From the NCBI GenBank assembly GCA_028023455.1, contig JAQFVV010000011.1, positions 2,108,001 through 2,172,000 of the forward strand: DNA of 64,000 nucleotides, in the 5' to 3' direction. Below are positions 13,552 to 26,062 of this stretch, in pieces. A program made the position numbers and the translations under genes. Every line of letters starts with the position of its first letter. Position 1 is the stretch's first letter. Source of the DNA: Epiperipatus broadwayi (Eukaryota; Animalia; Onychophora). The notes below the pieces were generated by a model. It was not told the origin of the DNA and made no database searches. It saw nothing but the letters and a program-made list of their open reading frames with translations.

Positions 13552-13800
13552 TCATACCATTTAAAACTTTCTTAAACACTTTATCAATACTATTTATTTA
13601 TATCAAAACTAACAGTTTCGACTGTCCCGCAGTCATCATCAGAGCTCTAAACACTATATCAAAACTAACAGTTTTGACTGTCCTGCAGTCATCATCATTT
13701 GTAAAGAGCTGTGATGATGACTGCAGATCAATCAAAACTGTTAGTTTTGGTATAAATAAATAGTATTGATAAAGTGTTTAAGAAAGTTGTAAATGGTATA
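13552..13800. repeat. Head-to-head inverted duplication with three family B HHR copies
   Basis: taccatttaaaactttcttaaacactttatcaatac... is mirrored at 13740-13800. Two tandem minus-strand HHRs and one plus-strand HHR. Confidence 0.85.
13605..13648 (-). ncRNA. Minimal type I hammerhead ribozyme, family B, core intact
   Basis: AGAGCT-CTGATGA-T-GACTG-cggga-CAGTC-GAAA-C-T-G-TT-AGTTTT. Stem I 6 bp (2 GU), stem II 5 bp, minimal stem III, GUU triplet. Confidence 0.75.
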
Positions 13801-14639
13801 TAAGTTAATATACCCCATAAAATAGCTGACATTTTATGTGAAAGATTACTCTTCTTTTTTTTTTAATTGTTTGGAATTACGAATATGTTAAATGTTATTT
13901 TTCACCATTAGCTACTATCTACAAAGCTGCAAACTCTAGAAGAAGAAAAAACTAAAAAGACAAAAGACAAAAAATATAAGAAAACAAAGGAGAAAAAATT
14001 GAAGATTGACTCAGAATTAGCATGCTTGTAATAAATAATGTAAATGTGGTAGCATAGTCCCAGTGCACAAGTAGTACAGAAATGACATCATGAAAGGCTC
14101 ATAATGACTGCACTTCGCAATAACATAAATGAACGAAGATAGTATAGCAGAATATATATAAACACAATGTAGATTGAATGAAAAAACTTCAAATCTTTAC
14201 TATAATTTTTTTTCATGACATATAATCACATAAAGAGAATAAAAGATTACAAAATGTCAATAATCATAAATAGTGATCCAAAAATATAAATTGGAAAAAA
14301 TCTATCACCAAAATAGGAAGCTTTTTAAAAGGTCAAATGTGATGTCAAAATTTTGTTATATAATTCAAATAAAATAATATTGTTTTATATATAATAATCG
14401 AATTTTTCCAAAACAAATTGATAAAATTAAAAAATATTTATATTTTTGTTTTTCTACAGTCATATTTGTAAAAAGATAAAAACAACCATTTAATAGCTAA
14501 TTGCAGGATAAAATTCTCTTCAATAGCTCTCCTAGCCCTCTCTGTAGTGAAGATAAAAGTCTGTAAGCTCTGAAGATGTTCTACTTTTTATACTTTTTTC
14601 AAATAATTTCCAATATAAAAATTATATTTTTGACATGTC

Positions 14640-14850
14640 ATTAAAAGAAATGGCAAATAGACAGTTGAAATCTTAAAGCAGATCCCATCAGATACTTATT
14701 TAAGATCTAGAAAGAAATCTCATGTCAGATGAACAAACAAGAGTTCAAAAAGTGTTATTAGAATTATGAGAAAGGAAGCTATAGATCAGAGAAACTAGAT
14801 TGAGCTCAGAAAGAGCATCCTATATAGGGAAGATAACATTTAAAAATAAT
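14640..14850 (+). mobile_element. RTE 3' fragment related to the 30.3-33.6 kb element
   Basis: gaaatcttaaagcagatccc...gaagctatagatcagagaaactagattgagctc aligns with 33390-33540. Confidence 0.55.
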
Positions 14851-15441
14851 CAGCCTTTCAAAAAGTAATGTAAATAAAAACATTTTTTTAAAATTACTGT
14901 ATTAAATAATAAAACTTCAATCTCAATTTTAAACAATATGCAGGCATTAAACTTCTAATTGTATTTGGTACCTGAATAACTCAAAACATTTGAATTATTA
15001 TTATAAATTTTCAATAATTATGTAATTTAAATAATGTCCTTTACATGTTGGTGTGGATTTGATTAACCAACTTTGTGCACAGACTTAGGATGATATAAGA
15101 TCCAATCACAGTGCATGAAACTTTCATTATTCTATCACTATACTATTTACAAAAAATATCAATCATTCTGACATTTCCAGAACAATCTCTCATCGGATGC
15201 TTAATCTCTCATCGGATGCTTAAAGCATTAACAATTGTTTGTCAAATGTAGCAATTTTCATCTTATATTAATAACAATAAATCATCTAACTAGATATTAA
15301 GGTATGCCTAATCAATGCTACATTCTTTAATACTATATACAGTTGAACAAATTTACAAAAAGTTTTTTCGTTTCACTACCAACAATATATTTATAACTAT
15401 TAAACAAATATTTATATCAAAACTGTTTTCACAATAAGAAA

Positions 15442-15553
15442 TTTTTTTTTTCCATATGTCAAAGCATCAGCCAGGAAGTGGACCCATGACAACTGTCTGC
15501 AAGCAACTGCTTGCTTGCAAGGCAGCTGCACTGACTTCTCGGCTACCAATGCT
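15442..15553 (-). mobile_element. tRNA-Gly-derived SINE copy with hairpin insertion
   Basis: Reverse complement matches the 313-422 and 45553 copies; poly-A tail at 15442-15451. Confidence 0.8.
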
Positions 15554-16414
15554 TTTTCCCTATGATTTTATTGATTTTGAAAAATCAGTTTGTTTGTCAA
15601 CTTTTGATCTTTTTCAAGTTAGACTGAAATTTTAAAATTGAGGTTTAATATATTTAAATTTAACAGAATTGCTTAAAAATTGAAATATAATTAAGTTATA
15701 TTACCCTAATCCATTTGAAAGGTATATCTTTTCAATATGTCAACTAATTTGATAGATATGGAACAGAGGGCAGGAAAAATATGAAAAATATTCAATACCT
15801 TCACATATCAAATTTAACAATTATTCTCAGAATGTTCATTTACTTTAAATAAATATTGTGAGAGGGCAGTATATATTTTTTTCTTTAAATTTAATAAAAA
15901 ACATTTTAAAATCTTAATGTATATATCATATTTAGTATATGTGTGTAATTATATATGTATAATAAATCAATAACTAAATTTTCTATTTAAAATTGTTTGA
16001 TAGATTCTATTTTTATTTTAATCTCCTCGTTCTTACACATGCATAATGCGGGCAAGCATTTTCAAAATGTAAACATCCATTTTCAATGTAATATTAACGG
16101 AAATCTATGCAGTCCATGCATGTGCTTTTTACACCACCGTTTCCACCTTTTTTTCTACTTTCCATAAAGGTAAATTTTATTTTTCTACGATAAAAAATAA
16201 AAAATTTATCATAATTTTTGTGATCAAGTAAATTGAATTTTTTTGATAGTTACTGGAAAAGATTTCACCATGAAAAATACATTGGTAAAAAGTTTTAGTT
16301 TTTCTCATGGATTTTGAAGACAACATTATGGGGGACCTAATGGTAAGTATTTATTTTTCTATATTTTTTAATTATTATTTTATTTTTATATATTTTTTAA
16401 TTATTATTTTTTTA

Positions 16415-17065
16415 TATATATAAAATATACAAAAAAATTATTATTGAAACTAACAAAAAAAATAGATCGTCATTATCTGCATTTTTTTGCTATGATGTTA
16501 GCTTGGGTCCAGTATTTGAATTAGGTAATATAAGACAAAGATAAACATATTTTGCAAATATTATGACCCGATTTAATTTTTCTATAATCTCTTGTCTACA
16601 TTTTAATAATAAAAATATGCAAATGTTAAAAGTAATGATTTTGACAATACATAAACATAGGCCGATTATACACTACGGCAATATAATTTTCAAAGCTGCA
16701 TATTTTTTAATTATTATTTTATTCATATATATATATTTTTGATAAAAAACATATGAAAAAATATACGAAAAATTATTATTGAAACTAACATTTAAAAAAA
16801 TCTTGTGGTTGTGTATATTTATATCACGAATTATCTGCATTTTTTGATATGGTGTGGGTTGGGTCCAGTATTTGAATTAGGTGATATGAGATAAAGATAA
16901 ACATATTTTGCAAATATTATGACCCGATTTAGATTTTTCTATAATGTCTTGTTTGCATTTTAATAATAATAAAAATATGCAAATGCTAAAGGAAAAGATT
17001 TTGATAGTATATATATAAACTTAGGCCGATTATAGACTACTGCAATGTAAATTTCAAAGCTGTAT
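16415..17065. repeat. Tandem duplication, unit about 340 bp, probably within a DNA transposon relic
   Basis: attattattgaaactaac...gggtccagtatttgaattagg...taggccgattata...ttcaaagctg occurs twice. Confidence 0.85.
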
Positions 17066-18299
17066 ATCAAATGCAAAGAGAGATGGCAGTTTATGAAGCT
17101 ATTACTAAATTTATGGCCATAGTAGCATGAAGCAATATGAGCCCTCAAAACTTATAAAGATAGAATAAATAATACTACATCGCACTGACTCTAAACTATT
17201 AACTTATGTACCTCAAGCTTAACTCTATAATGAATTTAGTATTTCATTCTTTTTTTTTTATTTTGTATATAGTGACTATTTTAATAGTACTTTTTAATAA
17301 ATTACAAACTGTATTGAAGTTCTTTATTATAATATTTAAATTATACTAATAATTGATCAATATTAACTATTTGTTATAAGAGATGTTATTAGGAATGACA
17401 TATACATTGCAAACCTCTGTATGGAAATACATTTTGAAGGGCTACTGAGAAAAATGAAAGGTACTAATGTCTTTATTCAATGAAGTTTTCAAGTGATAGA
17501 GTACCTTAGGCAAGTGTAATTATATACAATTTTTTAGAAATTTTATGATGAATCCAACTAACCTACTAACAAAAAATATAATTTTAAGTTGTACGCATGA
17601 TAATTTAGAATTTATGAAATAATATGAAAATAATTATAAGAAATATTAACTTTTTTTATTACTTTGAATATCAATGACTATATTTTTTTCAGCGTAATTA
17701 CATTCTTTGGTGTTTGATATTTAAAACAATATATACTATGTCATTTTTTAGTAATACAAACATATATTATGATAAAATTTGTGCTCAACATAATTTTTTA
17801 AATATTCAATATGGCTGCTTTGCCAGTGTAAAGGTTAAAACAATTGTTTTTTTTTTTTTAAAATAAAAATAAAAAAAGGTAAATTAGAAAATTCATATTA
17901 TTTAAAACAATTACAACTTTTTTCCTTTGGCAATTTTTTTTTTAAATAATTGTTTTAAAATAAAAATAAATCTATCAAACAATTTTAAATAAAAAATTAG
18001 TTACTGATTTATTATACATATATAATTATGTACACATACTAAATATAATATATCCAAGTAAGAGTATAAATATTAATTTACTGCAGAAATATTTAATGAG
18101 TTAAATATATTATATGTGTGATATGGATTTTAAGTAAAATTAGATGTATTAAGTAAAATTCATTTACAACATGTACACATGTATTATTATGCACACATTT
18201 TAACATATAGCACAAATATCTAGTGATATATATATATATCAACAATAAGTGCCCAGTCAATTTAAAGTGTAATATACTTTTCACTTACTGCGTCAATAC

Positions 18300-18620
18300 T
18301 AAAAAGTTAAAAATATAGATAAAAAGTTTTTTTTATTTTAAATTCTTTTATCGACTGTACACTAAAAAGAAATAAAATAATTATTTCTTCAATTACAATT
18401 GGAGTTTTAGATTTAACTTGAAATAAAAATATGGGGGTCTGGAAATTAGGTTAATTTCTATTTTTTATAACAATGGATTGACTTAATTAATTTCTGGATC
18501 TCTGGTGCTTTTATTTCAAGTTAAATCTAAAAACTCTAATTATGGTTGAAGAAACTTATTTTATTTCTTTTTAGTGCACAGTCAATAAAAACATTTAATA
18601 TAAAAAAATTTATCTCTAAT
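18300..18620. repeat. Foldback palindrome, same family as 9615-9945
   Basis: Shares attgacttaatt(a/c)atttctg...cttttatttcaagttaaat and its reverse complement. Confidence 0.8.
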
Positions 18621-18694
18621 ATTATTTAATTAAATTGATTAAGTAATAACCTGTATATTTATACTTTACGTTTGTCCAATATAATAATAAATCA

Positions 18695-18898
18695 TGCTTT
18701 CACACTTCCAACATAAAGCTATAACAACAAATTGAAAATTAAATTTAATGGCTAAGCGCTTTCAAGAAGATATACTTCTCATATTCATAGCATGATAACT
18801 GGCTATGAATATGAGAAGTACATCTTCTTGAAAGCGCTTAGCCATTAAATTTAATTTTCAATTTGTTGTTATAGCTTTACATTGGAAGTGTGAAAGCA
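18695..18898. repeat. Near-perfect palindrome (about 97-bp arms, about 10-bp spacer) with a variant HHR in each arm
   Basis: 18695-18791 is the reverse complement of 18802-18898. HHR-like fold at 18800-18844. Confidence 0.9.
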
Positions 18899-19544
18899 CT
18901 AGTTATTATTAAATTGATTAAGTATTTACTAAATTTAAATTGAGCTACAATTTTCTCTCATTTATTGAACTACATATATTAAATAAAAATACGAAATGAA
19001 ATCAAATAAATTTGGATATATATATATACATAATAACAGAAATTTAATAATACTTATATTAAACAACAACTCAAATAAGTTAATGATAGAAAACATTTTT
19101 GTATTTAGTATTAGTCCAGGTAGTGAAATTTTAGTCTTCATTAAAATCACTGATTGTCTATGTTCATTGTTACTTTATACTGTTTATTAAATTCTAGCTA
19201 CAACTGACCTATTTATGATTTAAATGTAGCCATTTTTGCTACATAAATAAACTGGCATTAATACAGAAAGTGGAGTTGTTATTTACGACTTTGTTAAAAA
19301 TGACTTTTTAAATCTTTGAAAGTTAAATTTGCTTCATTAAATAAAATGTATCATCAAATATTTAGAAAACATAAATAATCATAAGTAATGAAGACTAAAA
19401 TTTAATGACCCTGGCCTAATATGTAAGTACCAAAATTTCATATGTGTATATACCTGAAAAGAATATTTGAATGTATATATACTTCAGACTAAACAATGAA
19501 TTTATTAACAAGAAATTAGGAACTTTAACTGTTGAAAAAAATGA

Positions 19545-19745
19545 AGGCACTGAAATGAAGTTAATTTGTATTTGACACTAAAAATGGATGCCAGATGGAA
19601 AGTTGAAATATTAAACTGGATCCTAACTGATGTTTTAGAAAGACAACATTTGTCAAATGAACTAATAAGATAAAAGTTTGCTGGAGAGAAACTGGATTGA
19701 GCTCAGAGAAATCAGTCTATATTGGGCTGATAGTATTTGAAAATG
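19545..19745 (+). mobile_element. RTE 3' fragment
   Basis: gaaatattaaactggatcc...gaaactggattgagctcagag is similar to 33390-33540. Confidence 0.5.
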
Positions 19746-21674
19746 ATATTAATTAAATCTGAAATAAAAGTTATTGTGTCCATCGTTGATCATCTATAAA
19801 TTTAAAAAATAATAAAAAGCTTTAACTCTGAGGAGAAAAATCAACTGTAGTTCTAAAATGAAGATGCTAATATAAAATGTGTTAAGAGTGTGGCATAGAT
19901 GAGTAACTAACCTTCCCTTCCAAAAATGATTGAGTTATTGCTTGATAATAACAAATCTAACTCTACCCATTTTTAGGAATAAAATATAGCAGCACACATG
20001 AACATATATATAAAGATTATCAAAAATTTAAATTATGTGGAATATTATGATAAAAGGGGCTTGATTAAAGTAAAGGTTAATTTGGGGGAGAGGATGGTCC
20101 AATGCTTTTTTTTTTAATTAGGATTTACCTCCAATATATATATTATAGCATCTTGAAATTCAAAATAAATGACATTCAACATGATTTTGATTCCATTAAG
20201 CAAAATAAAAACTTACTTATCCAATCCAAACTAATTGAATAATAACTTCTTTTCTAAGGAAAGCTTTTCCAATTTATCAATTTCCACTTACGACTTTTGA
20301 CAATAGGATGTAGGTTTATTAATCTTTATCAGAGTAGATGCCATTCGATGAAATTAATTAGATTCGGTGGATAATTAAATTCCAAGACTACTACATAATT
20401 TCCTTTTTAAATTATCACTTTCTGGTATGTAATTGAAAACATTTTTTAAAAAGATCAAACCGTTGTTTTTAATCTAAAATTTGCATAATAAAGTCAAAAT
20501 GGAAATTAATGCAGGTTTCATTTTATAAAAAAATATTGTTACATTACAAACATTTTCTTATATTCCAAATACAGGGGAGGGGGAATTGCATAAAACCATA
20601 ATTATTAATGTAAGTGACGCTACGTATTATTTAGTAACAATTTCACAATTCAAACACTTCCATAAAATAATAAAAAAACATTTTAAAATATTAATTTATG
20701 CAAAATAATAAAAGTATATATATATATAATTATGTTTTAAAGCAGATTATAATGTCGTGTTTATAAAACTATCCAATTAATTATTACAATGAATATTCTA
20801 TTAGCTAATTCAAAGTTCAACAAAAATGTACTCGTGTATTTATTTTAGTTTTATATCATGAGACTAAAACACTGCACTTATTCAATGATTAAATTTCTAG
20901 TGTATGTTTACATGTGTGCGCATATAACTTATGGATATGCAACTATCGAGAATATTAATTTTATCCAAGCGGTAGCCAAGTAAAGATGGGCATTGCTAGT
21001 AAAAGACGCGGGACTAGCGTTTAACTATGTATTGTTAGTAAATGGAGCACTAACTCGATATACAATAAGCATGGACATTTAACGCAATATAATTAAATGG
21101 TGCTAAATAATGTCGACACAGAAAAGATCCCATGCAAAGAAAATAGCAGTTGGTTGGCTTAATCAGTAATGGCTTTGATATGTTGTGGGCTATTTAAAAG
21201 CCAGTTGTACCTTCTACCTAATTGAGAGACATGGGGAAATAGAATATTTTCTCTTACAAAGTACATTTTTTAAATGTAAAATTATTAATATGTAATAATA
21301 GGCAAAAGAACAAAAACATAAAGCAAACATATTTATTAATACACAAATCAGACAAAAATGTTTTTACATAAATATGTACTCACTGAAATATCTGCATATA
21401 CTTTGGCCATAAAATATAACAGTAAATGAATGTTCTATGAAATTTATAGGAATAAATACATTATTTTTAATTACATAATAGATTATTTTTGTTTTTCTAT
21501 ATTAATGATAATTATTAAAGCAAAGTTGAGACAATGTTTCAGAATGAAATCAATCATATGATAATCAAGAACATGTTCAATACTAATTACACTTTCCATT
21601 TATCTGTTAAAAATGAACAAATAATACAAAAAAAACATTTTCTTCTTAATTAAACTTTTATAAATAATCATTCC

Positions 21675-21830
21675 TTTGATCTGAGACTACTGATGAAAGC
21701 CACAAGCTAGAAACTAGTCTGAGGTTATTGGATGAGTAGGCACTAGACAGAGATTTTATGCACAAATCTTCTTGCATCCATTGATTCCTAAGGCTTGCAC
21801 TAGGTGGCACTATTGTATGGAGTTTCCTAA
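21675..21830 (+). mobile_element. HHR-bearing repeat, family C
   Basis: CTGATGA-AAGCcacaaGCTA-GAAACTAGTC-TGAGG at 21690-21724, plus the family body. Confidence 0.75.
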
Positions 21831-21864
21831 AGGGTACAAATAATGAAGTTATGGAAGGTTAAAT

Positions 21865-22120
21865 ATGAACAAAGTGATTATACAGAAAGTGAGTTATTGG
21901 GTTTTATGCTAGGTTTGGGAAAAAATAAGGGGGATTTAGATATGAAGATCATGGAGTTGACAAAGATTATGTTGTGGAAATGGGATGGGGCAGATTATGG
22001 GAAAACTTAGGGTGGACAATGGAAAAGGAAGGTAAAGTGGCTAACAGGTTTCTCTGGGCATAGCTGCTGAGAGATTCCTGACTCCGTTTAAGGAGAAGTC
22101 ACAATACATCACATCACATC
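21865..22120 (+). mobile_element. LINE 3' end fragment with (CATCA)n tail
   Basis: Direct repeat of 38805-39062. Confidence 0.7.
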
Positions 22121-22329
22121 ACTGATTTAACAGCTTGTATGAAATAGTGATCATGTGATGTTTTAGTGATTTTAAATCATGATTGTTGTAAGAGAATTAT
22201 TAAAAATATAATATTCATAAGGTAATTTACACTTTATTTGCATTCCTGTTGAATTTCTCAACATTTTTTTCTTTATTATTATTGATTTTTAGTATTTTTT
22301 TGCCTATCCCCCACCCCTCCCATCATTTC

Positions 22330-22620
22330 ATTTTTAGTCAATATCATATACTGCGTAATGAAAGGCTGTTCAAATTTAATCCACTTTCTCCAAATCATAA
22401 CTTCTTTTCTCCACATCATTCTAGGAAACTTTATTTCTTTCAACCAACTCACATGATCCCTTGAGATCCAGTTTAAGATTTCATTTGTCAATTTCCTCAA
22501 TCTCCAATTCCATTTCAGTCCTTTAATTCTTTCAATGATGTATACCTATATGTTCTTTACTTATGTTTTGCTTTTGATCTCTCATTATTAATCACAACTG
22601 ACCTTCCTCATTTTTGATGT
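22330..22620 (-). mobile_element. RTE 3' fragment
   Basis: ORF 22279-22500 (EILNWISRD...MWRKE...RKWI) matches the RTE C-terminus EVLNWIPRD...MWRKEAEDQRRWI at 33335-33583. Confidence 0.75.
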
Positions 22621-23419
22621 GCAGACTAAAGTCTTTTATTTTCTATTAAGTGTCCCAAGACCTGGATTGTTAAGTAATGGTGATGAAAGACATTATATAA
22701 CTTAACTTTTCAAATACAACAACATAATTATTTTTTATATCAAGTTATTTCTACTAAAAACAATGTATGTTTAATTCTGCAATTACTTTCATCCATTATA
22801 TTTCTATTTGTATTAATAATATGGTAAATGTATTTACAGAATTTGGTTTCTAATGTGCTTCTGTCAATCTTTATTTTCTACTTTTTTGGGGAAAAATCAA
22901 TGAATATAACTTCAACCTACAAGATTAGATTAATGATGATTATTGTGGGAAGGTTTTGACATTTGTTTAAATATTTAGATATGTTTTTATTTTCATATAT
23001 TAGCTCTTGTAATCCTTCCTGAAACTTTGAAACATTATTCATAAAATAATATCACCTGAAAAATAGTTGTGGTTAAATAATCTTTAATTACTTATTCTCT
23101 CAGCTTTCCATTTTAATCTAAAATACTTCCTATAAAACAGATGTATAAAAGTTTTATAAAAAAAGAAAATTTCCTACCAACACATAATATAATCACTGCT
23201 ATTACATCTTCATAAATATTATTCAGAATTTGATAATATTCAGAGCGTACTATTCCCATAAATATGCTTATAAAATCAAATGCCTTGCATAATCTACAAG
23301 TTGAATACAAAAAGCCAGCACTTACCCTCATAATTAAATACATAAAATTTATACTTTGACAAAATAGCATACTTGATCAGAGCATCATATTAAATTCAGT
23401 ATTTATGATGTGATACCTA

Positions 23420-23545
23420 TGCCAATACTGTCAGTGGTGGGGTCAAAAATACCTGAAGTACAGAGAATAACACCACTCAAAATATATTATATACTAATCT
23501 ATGTGTTATTACTAACAGTTGAATGTATTTGGGAAAATATACATA
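23420..23545 (+). mobile_element. Family D (HHR-SINE) internal fragment
   Basis: atactgtcagtgg...acCTGAAGTAcagagaataacaccaCTCAAAA...atgtgttattactaac. Confidence 0.6.
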
Positions 23546-24414
23546 CAGATTGAATTTTTTCTAAAAACATTTAACAATTAAACTAGATAATGAAAATAAT
23601 CTATAACATGGAATTACAAATATTAGCTTTCTCTTTCTAAGCATCTCTCAACAATGAACTTTATCACTCCAGCTGGAACTAATATTTTAATCTTTTTAAA
23701 TACTAACTACTCTTCTGAAATCACCTTATCTAATCTATTATAAACAGACCTAATCAGTATTCTCAATAATGCTTTAGCTGATGTGAGATTTATTGCTCTA
23801 AATTTTCCACACTTGTTACATTAAGCCTTTTATCTAAATCAAACAACTAAATCTCTTTCCTAGTTTCCAAAAATTTGACTGGAATTTCAACAATTCTGTG
23901 CTTAATTATCATCTCGGTTATCATTTTTACAGGCTTGTACTAGATTGTGCAACCCATTTTGTTATCTTTTTTATTTATTCTATTAATATAATATTTATAC
24001 AACACAACATATTTATACACATTTCCTCAACAAAATTATTTATCTATCCTTCTAGTAATTAATAATTATTCTTTGATACAACTATTATTTCACTTCTGAA
24101 CAATGCCTTTTACCATTCAATGATGAGGAGGAGGATTTAAAACATTTGCTGAAGCTGAAGCCGACAACTTATAGCCCATTTCAGATTGAACATAGCAACA
24201 AAAAATAAATATACGTAATAAAGAAAAGCAAAGATATAAACCTAAACTCATCCAATATAATATTTAGACTTAAGAATATTGCAGAAATGCTTCAGATCTA
24301 AATTAAAATGATTAACATCAGTAAAAACTTGATTAAGAAGATTATTATTATTATCATCGTCAAACATATATATATCCAATGAGCAGCTGAAGTAAGTCCA
24401 GCATCCTACTCGAT

Positions 24415-24510
24415 AAACAAGGCAAAACTCTCCATACAGTAGTGCCACCCTGTACCAACCAGAGTAATTAATGGATGCCAGAGGGCTTGTGCATAAAATC
24501 CCTATCTAGG
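24415..24510 (-). mobile_element. Family C repeat fragment (no HHR)
   Basis: ggcaaaactctccatacagtagtgccaccctg...cttgtgcataaaatccc. Confidence 0.8.
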
Positions 24511-24931
24511 CAAGTTGAGATGATAAGCAGTGGAGCATTTTGATATTACTTCTTCTAAAGCTACATAGTTATAATTTTCTTTCTTTATAATATATAAAAA
24601 GGTTTCATATTTAAAATACTAGCTGAAGTATTATAAAAATCTTATTATTTTAATGTGACTTTAAAATAAAAAGCTTACAATAATACAAATAATATAGATT
24701 TGATTCACTCATTCAGTCTCCCCTGATACTGCAAATGGAATTCTAAGATAAAAAAAATATATACATATAATCTACATTCTTTTCTTTCAAAAGTATTTTT
24801 AGTTCTCTAGGTACATCAAAATGTATGAAATAAAAACATTGTCAAGCAATATTATACTGTTTATTTTAAAAAGAAAATGTTATGTGTCTGATAAAATGCA
24901 AGTTTTTTTTTATAAGTAAGTACTGTATATA

Positions 24932-25082
24932 TAAACAAAGGCACAACTCTCCATACAGTAGTGCCACCCTGTGCCAAACAGAGTAATCAATGGATGCCAG
25001 AAGGCTTGTGCATAAAATCCATTGATTACTTTGTTTGGCACAGGGTGGCACTACTGTATGGAGAGTTTTGCCTTTGTTTACA
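24932..25082. repeat. Head-to-head inverted duplication of the family C 3' part
   Basis: aaacaaaggcacaactctcc...gtaatcaatggat / atccattgattac...ggagagttttgcctttgttt, with a 21-nt spacer. Confidence 0.9.
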
Positions 25083-25364
25083 ACAATTATGTGCTATTAT
25101 AGAGAAGGTGATCATGTGATGTTTAGTGGTTTAATTACTGTATATATAAAGATAGAGCACAAACAGAATAAAAGCAATAGAATTGCTGAGTGTGTTTTTT
25201 AATTAAATCAATCATTATTAAAGTTATATAATATTTTATGATGCTTATGCAATAATCAAACTATAAAAGTATATCTATTTTAGAGAACAACTCTTATACT
25301 AATACCTATCTAACATGGAAGTCTTCAGATAAATTTTAAGGTGTTGAATAAAAAATCGCAGTTA

Positions 25365-25475
25365 GGCATAGTCGGTAGAGGGTCTGATTTGGGATCAGGA
25401 GTTACCATGATCGATTCTGGTGCTTGCAAGTCTGACTCTCGAACTTCTTACGAACTCCTGAGCAATAAAGCCATA
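25365..25475 (+). mobile_element. tRNA-like SINE relic
   Basis: A-box-like ggcatagtcggtagag, B-box-like gatcgattc, tail ctgagcaataa. Confidence 0.5.
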
Positions 25476-26015
25476 TGCCTTTTTTTCTTATGAAATATTT
25501 TACAATCATGGACTAATCATATAATAGCATAACAGAAGACTAGAAAGACGTTATCTTGCAATAGATAGTGCATTTAATAAACAGCTGGCATTTAGGTGGT
25601 AACAAATGAATATAAAACATTTATATACTTCATTTCATTGGTAATGAAAAGCATCCAAAGCAACAAATATCCAAATTTTTAGAATTCAAGGATTGACTAA
25701 AAATTGTAAATCTACCCCCCTCCCCCAAAAAAAAAAAATAATTATGCAACTAAAATGTGTTTAATGCATAACATCCTAATCAAAATGGATAAATACAACC
25801 CCTCCTTTGCTAAATACAATAATACGAAAGTTGATCAGAATAACAAAATAAAAACACACTATACAAATATAGAGTATTTAAATAATCTTCAATTTTTTGA
25901 TCCTATTATTCTTATATTTAAAATTACTATCAAACTAAAAATTGTATTAATAAATCTCTAAAATATTCCTTTCTTCATTGCACATCTCATGATATTTATT
26001 TATTCAATTACTTTA

Positions 26016-26062
26016 CAGTTCTGAAGAAGATTGCTAGATGGTCAAAACTGTCGGATAATTGA
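26016..26062 (+). ncRNA. Decayed minimal hammerhead motif (PLE pLTR-like relic)
   Basis: CTGAAGA-A-GAT...GTC-(G>A)AAAC-T-GTC followed by AATAAA; stem I pairs poorly. Confidence 0.35.

Noticed and set aside
18289-18298. 10-nt minus-strand micro-exon (ttttag|TATTGACGCA|gtaagt)
   Set aside because: No neighbouring coding exons to place it in, and it lies at a repeat edge.
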